From Promethearchaeota archaeon (lineage in GTDB: Archaea; Asgardarchaeota; Lokiarchaeia; Sigyniarchaeales; SOKP01), in the NCBI GenBank assembly GCA_004524535.1, contig SDNY01000052.1, forward strand, positions 1 through 23,098: DNA of 23,098 nt, read 5' to 3'. The notes under the pieces are model-generated. The model ran no database searches. It was not told where the DNA came from and saw nothing but the letters and a program-made list of their open reading frames with translations. Position 1 is the stretch's first letter. Every line of letters begins with the position of its first letter. The position numbers and the translations under genes were made by a program. Positions 16,537 through 23,098 of the stretch are shown in pieces.

Positions 16537-17760
16537 TCAAAAAATTTTAATTTCTTCAATATTATTTAAGCTTTCCAGTATTAAATCGTGTAAATTTAAC
16601 GATTTATATAAAGTTTTTAGCTCTTCGATGCTTATTTCTTGATTTTTAGGTTTAAATTGACAATAATCTATATTGACTAGATCTCTTGATATTTTGCTAA
16701 TTAGTTCTTTAACCTTTTTTGACTCAAAACCTATAGTTGGTGTAAAAACAGGATATTTAGAAAATAAATAATTGAGGGCAATTGATTCTAAATCCACTTC
16801 GTCTGGACATAATGAAGTATTATTCAAACTAACACCGTCAGATATCGCCTTTATTCTATTAAAACCTTCGCTATCAAAGTCCTTTAGTATTATAGATAGA
16901 GATTCAAATCTGATAAGTCTGCAGATTGCGCAAATATATTTCTTCTCTTTTAAAACATTTTCTATCTTTTCTATTATTTTTATTAGATTAACTTTTCTGA
17001 TTATAAAATTACGTTTTGGAGAATAATTTGCCAATTCCTTCCAATTAGATGATTGTGCTTCTAAAAAATAATTGTCCTTTGTTAATTGAAATAAAATTGG
17101 ATAAATTTTGCATCCCCTTCTCATCAATAAGAATCCAGCCAATAAGTCGCTTAATCTTCCAATGTCAGGAACTAAAATCTTTTTATTTTTCTCTATCGGT
17201 AACCCGCCCCATTCAGTCTTTATTATCTCAGTATATATATAAGAGAACTCGCCGCGAACTTCAATATAGATCTTTTTCATTGGATTTGACAAATTTACTT
17301 TTAAATTAAGATTTTTAAAATTATCAATAATTGCCTGTCCTCCTTTTTCAGCAATATCTTGAGAAGTATATTCATGTTTTCCAGATCTCTTAACTCTGAG
17401 AGCAAATGTATCTCCTTTTTGTAAAATCTTTTCTCCTACTAAAATTAATTTTTCGACAATATTTTTAATTCTATTTGAAGTTCTTAACGCGGGATTAAAT
17501 GAGTAAATCCCAAAAACTTTTTTTAATTCTTGTATTGCGTTTGAAATATCCTTATTATTGAAAAAGAAAAGAATTCTTGCCGAATCTTTAGTTAATTGAA
17601 ATTTATGAAATGGAATTCGAGATCGCGCTAAACTGATTTTGATATTCGAAATCAGAATTTTTAACATCCTAATTTTTACTTTCCTTGATTTAAGCCAAAT
17701 TTCAGGAGATGGATTTATCTTGATTAAGTTGTAGAATTCTAAAGGAGTTTGATTTTTCAC
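16537..17760 (-). CDS. ThiI-like THUMP-domain protein with degenerate PP-loop
   Basis: EIWLKS, VFGI, THUMP (TFALRVKRSGKH, KVNLSNP, IYIEVR), GGLP...MRRGC and CAIC. The SGGxDS motif is replaced by IGRLSD. Confidence 0.85.
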   Translation of the reverse strand: MKNQTPLEFYNLIKINPSPEIWLKSRKVKIRMLKILISNIKISLARSRIPFHKFQLTKDSARILFFFNNKDISNAIQELKKVFGIYSFNPALRTSNRIKNIVEKLILVGEKILQKGDTFALRVKRSGKHEYTSQDIAEKGGQAIIDNFKNLNLKVNLSNPMKKIYIEVRGEFSYIYTEIIKTEWGGLPIEKNKKILVPDIGRLSDLLAGFLLMRRGCKIYPILFQLTKDNYFLEAQSSNWKELANYSPKRNFIIRKVNLIKIIEKIENVLKEKKYICAICRLIRFESLSIILKDFDSEGFNRIKAISDGVSLNNTSLCPDEVDLESIALNYLFSKYPVFTPTIGFESKKVKELISKISRDLVNIDYCQFKPKNQEISIEELKTLYKSLNLHDLILESLNNIEEIKIF

Positions 17761-17803
17761 TTTTACATCAAATACAAATAAATTTTAATTAAGAAATTTA
17801 AAA

Positions 17804-19393
17804 TCAAGTTAATATAGTAGTTTGATATCTGCCAATTACTTTTTTTTTACCCGTTCTTAAGTTATTTTCGGTTAAAACTATTAGACCATCTTTATATATA
17901 TCAATTTCAACAAAATTTTCATCAAAATGAATACCTTGAAGATTTCCTCCGTTTGAAAATATTGTATTATCTATTTTTAGGTTAAACGATATGCTTGGTG
18001 AACTATTTAGAACAAGATCTATCTGAGAGCGAGCAAATTGAGATAAAACATCTCCTGAATCGATTAACTCTGTCTTCCAGACACTCAATGGTGTAGGTAT
18101 TAAATTATGATAACTAAATACTCCAAATATTTTTTGATGACTTAGACTTAACACTTTTTCTATGAATTGATGTAATTTTTTACGACCTATATACCCTTCT
18201 TTTGAATCTGGTTGTGTTGAATTAATTCCCTGAAAATATATTTTTTCCGTTTCATATAATGGATCTAAGGAACCAATATAATGTTCCCAATATTCCCAAG
18301 CTGGAGGTTTCGAATCTAAATAACCGGGAACAACGATATAAGGGTGTTGAATTTCAACTAATTTTTCTTTAGCTATTTTAAATTCTTCTTTATAGCTATT
18401 TTTTGTTAAGTTTCCAGCATGAACAACTAAGTCTACGTCTCTAATTTTGTTAATTTCATTAATCGTATCATCAAAATTTGAATTATTAATCCCTGCTTGT
18501 TCCGAAATCTCAGTATTACATATTTGAATAAATTTGCAGAATGGTTTTTCGTTTATTTTAATTTCTCGCGGAATATAATACTTAATATTACGATGAATCT
18601 CTTTTTTAGGAATTTCTTCTAGAATTGGCACTAATTTAAAATTAAGTGTATTTCCATTAATATCAATAACGCTATATGTAAAAAGTTCTCTGTATCTTGT
18701 TTTATTACAACAAAATGTACCTGCGTTATAAATATATAAATCTTTTTTAGTGCTATTCAAAGCATATAAATTTGAAATATGTCTATGGCCGTTTAAGACT
18801 AAATCAGTATTTGTATCAATTAGCATTTGAAGCATATTCCCTGAATCATCTATGGCAGACCTTTCCTTTCCTGTATTTGGAATCGGAATAAGTTGATGAT
18901 GGAAACAGACAATTTTTAACTTGTTTTCTCTTTCAGGTTGCAATAGTCGTTTTTTTAAAGCATTAATCGGACCATGGTGAATAACACCTCCAGGTAAATC
19001 TGGTTTAGTGCTATCTATTCCTATTATATAATCATTTGAGTCTTCGAACTCAAAATGCCTCTCTCCAATGAGTTCTTCAAATAATAAATATCCTACATTT
19101 TTAGCATCATGATTTCCAATTATATAATATATTGGAGCCTTTGATATAGGATTAAATTTCTTCATTTGTTCTATCGCATATTCATAATCCAATAAAGTTC
19201 CCGATGCCGTAATATCTCCTAAATGAAGAAAGAGAGTGACATTTTTAATTTTATTAATTTTTTCAATTCCCTTGTTGAATGCTTTTATATTAAATTCAGT
19301 ACCCGACGGATTTATATGTGTATCTGAAATAATTACAATTCTTTTCTTGGTATTATGATTAGTTTTCATTTTAACCGTCTGATCTAATGCCAT
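17804..19393 (-). CDS. Tandem calcineurin-like metallophosphoesterase (CpdA/Icc-like); second domain degenerate
   Basis: Domain 1 has DTH, GDIT, GNHD, HH and GHRH. The equivalent positions in domain 2 read NTE, GNLT, GYLD, HN and SSPS. Confidence 0.9.
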   Translation of the reverse strand: MALDQTVKMKTNHNTKKRIVIISDTHINPSGTEFNIKAFNKGIEKINKIKNVTLFLHLGDITASGTLLDYEYAIEQMKKFNPISKAPIYYIIGNHDAKNVGYLLFEELIGERHFEFEDSNDYIIGIDSTKPDLPGGVIHHGPINALKKRLLQPERENKLKIVCFHHQLIPIPNTGKERSAIDDSGNMLQMLIDTNTDLVLNGHRHISNLYALNSTKKDLYIYNAGTFCCNKTRYRELFTYSVIDINGNTLNFKLVPILEEIPKKEIHRNIKYYIPREIKINEKPFCKFIQICNTEISEQAGINNSNFDDTINEINKIRDVDLVVHAGNLTKNSYKEEFKIAKEKLVEIQHPYIVVPGYLDSKPPAWEYWEHYIGSLDPLYETEKIYFQGINSTQPDSKEGYIGRKKLHQFIEKVLSLSHQKIFGVFSYHNLIPTPLSVWKTELIDSGDVLSQFARSQIDLVLNSSPSISFNLKIDNTIFSNGGNLQGIHFDENFVEIDIYKDGLIVLTENNLRTGKKKVIGRYQTTILT

Positions 19394-19705
19394 AATATCC
19401 CCCTTCGATCTCTCTTTAATTTAATTGGATGCCTTAAATAAATTGTATTTACTTCTAATACATAATCAAATTTTGTATATAAATGAGCTGAAAATTACGC
19501 ATTTCTTTTTTATTAATATGCTTTAAGTATTTATCATAACATTAGTATTATCATTAGTAACAACATTTAAAAAATCTATTGCTAATTCATTTTGAAATAA
19601 GCAAATATTTTTTTAGGATTCAAATATAATAGATGATTTTATTATACTGTTATAGTCTTTGTTTATTCAAGGAAAATATGCAAAAAAAAGATAGTATTAT
19701 ATTTC

Positions 19706-20833
19706 TTATTCAGCAAGCGCTTTTTCTTCCTTCTTTTGTTTTTTCTTCATTTCTTTATACGAATAATAAGCCTCTTCTAAGACATTTAAGAATTCAATTA
19801 AAACTCTGTCTGCTTTTGACTTAACATCATATTCTTTAATAATTGTATTTAAGATATATTTTGGAAAGAACGTGGAAATTTCAAAATCAGAGACCAAAGC
19901 ATAATATTCAATACCTTTAGATCTTTGAAAAACAACAATCATTTGATTCTCCCATAGTGCTTTTAAAGCTTCATCTAAGTCATAGACACCTTTCTTTTTT
20001 AATTTTTCAAGTTCATTTTTAGTAGGGAACATGGTTCTTAATAATTTTAAGCATTCATAAACCTGAGGATCCATCACTAACTTAATTAGTTCCAAATTGT
20101 CTTCTTTTGATGGTCTATAATCTTGAAAAAAATTTTTAATTGAAATTTCATATTCATTTACAAATTTCTCTGGCAAGCCTTTCTCTACAGGATTTTTCAA
20201 CAAATTAATAGGGGGTCTTCTAGTCATTAATATATCATTTAAGAAGAAAAGTAATTCCGATGGCATGCCTTTAACCGATGCTTCTTTAATAATATCCTTC
20301 CTAATTAAATCAACTAAAAGAGCATCTAAGTCTACGAAACCGTGTTTATATTGATCTCTTAACCAAATCATAAGTTCTGATTTTGAAACAACTCCTTCTT
20401 CTCTAAGTCTTTCTATAATCATCCTTTTGATTTCATCTTGATAAGTAACAGCAAGCTGCTGCTCTCGATTCAAGCTTGGAAAGATTGAAATACGTTGAAA
20501 GAGAGAAGGAATCATAGGCACAAATTCTTTATTCTCAGTGTTTTGTAATATAACTCTCGAAATATCAGATAATCCTGCTTCATATGCATCTGGATCGTCG
20601 TCTAAGCTTAAGAGTAAGACAACGTAAATACGTTTCTCAGGTCCTGCATAATAAGACATAATATTCAAAGATCCTACCATTATACTGATAATTCCCGCTT
20701 CACTGCTATACTCATGCGTACTGTAGATTTGCATCAAAGTACTGTCCATAACATTAATTTCTTCTGGAAATTTAGCCTCAATTTTAGTTCCAACACGATC
20801 GTCCCATTTCATAACTAATAATCCTACAGGCAT
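19706..20833 (-). CDS. Probable uDENN/longin domain + two winged-helix-like domains (NPRL2-like architecture)
   Basis: N-terminal hairpin LLVMKWDDRVGTKIEAKFPE resembles the uDENN F-x4-GP-x5-P start. Two segments show winged-helix spacing (IKRMIIERLREEGVVSKSEL...LIRKDIIK and VYECLKLLR...LWENQMIV). Confidence 0.55.
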   Translation of the reverse strand: MPVGLLVMKWDDRVGTKIEAKFPEEINVMDSTLMQIYSTHEYSSEAGIISIMVGSLNIMSYYAGPEKRIYVVLLLSLDDDPDAYEAGLSDISRVILQNTENKEFVPMIPSLFQRISIFPSLNREQQLAVTYQDEIKRMIIERLREEGVVSKSELMIWLRDQYKHGFVDLDALLVDLIRKDIIKEASVKGMPSELLFFLNDILMTRRPPINLLKNPVEKGLPEKFVNEYEISIKNFFQDYRPSKEDNLELIKLVMDPQVYECLKLLRTMFPTKNELEKLKKKGVYDLDEALKALWENQMIVVFQRSKGIEYYALVSDFEISTFFPKYILNTIIKEYDVKSKADRVLIEFLNVLEEAYYSYKEMKKKQKKEEKALAE

Positions 20834-20862
20834 TTTTTATTGAGCAACTCCTTTTTGTTTCA

Positions 20863-23098
20863 TTATTCCTTAGGACGCTTTTGTTTTTTAAATTTATAAG
20901 AATTTATTTTGGCCTTCTTAGCTTTGACTTTTGCTAGATTTTTCTCACTAAATTTTACTCCTAAGACTTTATTTAGCGGAATTCCGATTTTATCCCATTG
21001 TTTTCTATACTTTTTGAAGAATGCTTCATCTCTGTGAGGATATACATAATGTACTGGCATCGTATGGCCTTTCTTAATGATGCCTTTTAATGCTTTCATT
21101 TTTTTCACGAATTTGGGCGTTTTTATAATTCTTAGCTGTCTATAGCCTAATATGCTACCAATGGCGGTAGCGATTGGAATTACTGTCGCTAGAATTATTA
21201 GCAATCTGATATCTTCTACTGGTCTAATCGAGTTTATTTTAATTTCCTTGCGTTTGAATTCAAATTCATCTTCGGCGTAAACTGTAATAACAAATTTAAA
21301 ACTACCCTCAGGTACTTCTTCCAATTTAACCTCATATATTCCATCTCCTTTTTCATCCATCTCTCCGTCACCATGCTCCCAAGTATATTCAACCCTCGCA
21401 TCTCTTATGACTCCGCCGAAATCTAAATCATTTAATTGAACTCTAATTGTAACATCTTCTCCGGGTTTTATTTCTATCTCGTCATCATCATATTTCAAAA
21501 GCTCGACTTCACATTGTATTCTTTCAACATTTATTCTAAGAGTGATTGATTTGGATTGGTAATTTGTCTTCCCAGCAAAAATGATTAAAAATCGGATTCC
21601 AATATCTAGATCTACGGTATTTATCTCAATCTCATATTGAGAGACTAGCGTAAAGTTTCTGGGGCTAAACCCCTCTCCCTCAATAGTCACCGTTGATTCA
21701 GGAATAACGTTTCCTTCAACACTATCAGAATAATTAACTTCAATTATTAGCCTTTCTCCATAAGGAAGTGTCAGTGATGGATCAAATGTTAGATCCTTTT
21801 CTACAGCCCCACCTTTATATTTTGTTGTTATTTTTATCTCTGTTAGTCTATTAATTATTTCAACTATGATATCTATATCTTGAGGTTGATAGCCAAATTT
21901 TTGTGCTACAACTTTTAAGAAATTAACTCCTGACCCTAGATTATCATCATTAGAACTTATATTTATGCTATAATAACCACCACCATTGGGGATTAATGTT
22001 TCATTAAAGCCTTCCCCTAGTAATCTTAAATTTGCATCCAAAAGGGCTTTTTTCGTGTCGTTATCAAAAAAGGATATATTGATTAGGAAATAATCGTTCA
22101 CTACAACTTTAATGGATGGTTTGCTAGTTTTATCCTCTTGTGGTGATGAAACGGAGTTCGATAAAAATACTTTATAATCTGTTATTCTATCGATTATTAC
22201 GATTGAAAAAGATATTGATTGCGAAGTATGATTATCAGCTTGAGCAAAGACAGCTAGAAAATTTGTAATTCCAGCTAAATGCGATGTATTTAACATGTAT
22301 TCATAATGCCCAGATTCTTCTTCTAAACCTATATTCTCAAGACTTCCTCCAGTGAGATTTATGGTTGCTCCACTAATTTTAGAATTTTGAACTGAATCTT
22401 CATATACCAAGGTTATATTTATAGTCTGATTTATATACACATTGATGATTGCGTTTTGACCCTTTTCATTTCCATCTATAAATAATTGAGCATCTGAATC
22501 CGCCTTAACTACATCAACTCTAATTACTACTGATTGAACTTCATAATTAGTTCTCACAGCTAAAATGGTTAAATAATGAATTCCTACGCCTAAACTTTTT
22601 GTATTTATTGTTAAATTGTATCTTATTCCAGGGTCTTCTTCAAGTTCATCTGAAAAGCCCCCACCTTCTATTGTTACGGTGGCAAATTCAATGTGCACCT
22701 TGGTTGGGTCTACTGTATATGTAATAGAAACATTCAATAATTCATTCCATTTCAATATGATGGATTTATCCACGTCTGCAGTTCTATTTACTCCGTTTAA
22801 GAAAACATTTAGAAATGTTTCTTTTGGTGTTATCTCTACTGTTAAAATTAACGATTGGGGTTGATAATTAGCTTTCTGGGCTAAAATGGTTATGAAATTT
22901 ACTCCTGGATTCAAATCGGTCGTATTTAAAGTTAAATTGTATTGAGGCAATATCGGATGCTTTTTAATCTCAAAAGTTTTACCCGGAATAGTTGCATTTA
23001 TTAAAGCTCCAGAAATGAAATCGTAGGGTGATAATAACTCATTATAAATCACGGTAATATTTATAATATCATCGATGGTTCGTTTAATTGAAGGTGTG
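20863..23098 (-). CDS. Large cell-surface protein with repeated Ig-like beta-sandwich domains and C-terminal TM helix (5' end outside the window)
   Basis: The frame stays open to the window edge. At least 6 units of ~100 aa share YxxxxNTxxLxxGxxxxxxxAxKxNY. There are many N-x-S/T sequons, a TM segment LLIILATVIPIATAIGSILGY and a very basic ~90-aa tail. Confidence 0.85.
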   Translation of the reverse strand, partial: TPSIKRTIDDIINITVIYNELLSPYDFISGALINATIPGKTFEIKKHPILPQYNLTLNTTDLNPGVNFITILAQKANYQPQSLILTVEITPKETFLNVFLNGVNRTADVDKSIILKWNELLNVSITYTVDPTKVHIEFATVTIEGGGFSDELEEDPGIRYNLTINTKSLGVGIHYLTILAVRTNYEVQSVVIRVDVVKADSDAQLFIDGNEKGQNAIINVYINQTINITLVYEDSVQNSKISGATINLTGGSLENIGLEEESGHYEYMLNTSHLAGITNFLAVFAQADNHTSQSISFSIVIIDRITDYKVFLSNSVSSPQEDKTSKPSIKVVVNDYFLINISFFDNDTKKALLDANLRLLGEGFNETLIPNGGGYYSINISSNDDNLGSGVNFLKVVAQKFGYQPQDIDIIVEIINRLTEIKITTKYKGGAVEKDLTFDPSLTLPYGERLIIEVNYSDSVEGNVIPESTVTIEGEGFSPRNFTLVSQYEIEINTVDLDIGIRFLIIFAGKTNYQSKSITLRINVERIQCEVELLKYDDDEIEIKPGEDVTIRVQLNDLDFGGVIRDARVEYTWEHGDGEMDEKGDGIYEVKLEEVPEGSFKFVITVYAEDEFEFKRKEIKINSIRPVEDIRLLIILATVIPIATAIGSILGYRQLRIIKTPKFVKKMKALKGIIKKGHTMPVHYVYPHRDEAFFKKYRKQWDKIGIPLNKVLGVKFSEKNLAKVKAKKAKINSYKFKKQKRPKE

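Noticed and set aside
76-19393. SHOC2-MRAS-PP1-like complex from the LRR proteins, GTPase and phosphoesterase
   Set aside because: The phosphoesterase is CpdA-like rather than a PPP phosphatase, the GTPase is not Ras-like, and the genes are far apart.
19394-19705. 312-nt intergenic gap and 63-aa ORF 19633..19824 as a possible ncRNA or small gene
   Set aside because: No GC-rich structure is visible, and the ORF is largely antisense to the Lys-rich tail of the neighbouring gene.
23050-23052. GTG start of the surface protein
   Set aside because: The frame is open to the window edge and this position lies mid-repeat with no signal peptide, so the gene is truncated by the window.

Overview
A very AT-rich, gene-dense chromosomal window from an archaeon. 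The gene content points to an Asgard archaeon, most likely Lokiarchaeia (inference). Housekeeping genes: ATP-dependent DNA ligase, hisG-hisD-hisC, ribosomal protein eS25, an intron-containing tRNA-Ser(CGA), a ThiI-like protein, a MoaD/SAMP-type ubiquitin-like protein, a tandem metallophosphoesterase and a form IV RuBisCO-like protein. These are interleaved with eukaryote-like genes: three HEAT-like+LRR paralogues, a gelsolin-like protein, a Rag-like GTPase with a probable roadblock domain, a probable longin+winged-helix (NPRL2-like) protein, a probable double-longin protein, a Bud23-like rRNA methyltransferase and a truncated Ig-like repeat membrane protein. The best candidates for an undescribed system are (i) a family with a constant N-terminal module and exchangeable LRR modules, and (ii) a possible Rag/longin/NPRL2-like signalling set. 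The ORF track also misses an in-frame zinc-ribbon/poly-Lys N-terminus that has no canonical start codon. No mobile element or CRISPR array was seen. All family calls were made by eye from motifs; no database search was run.
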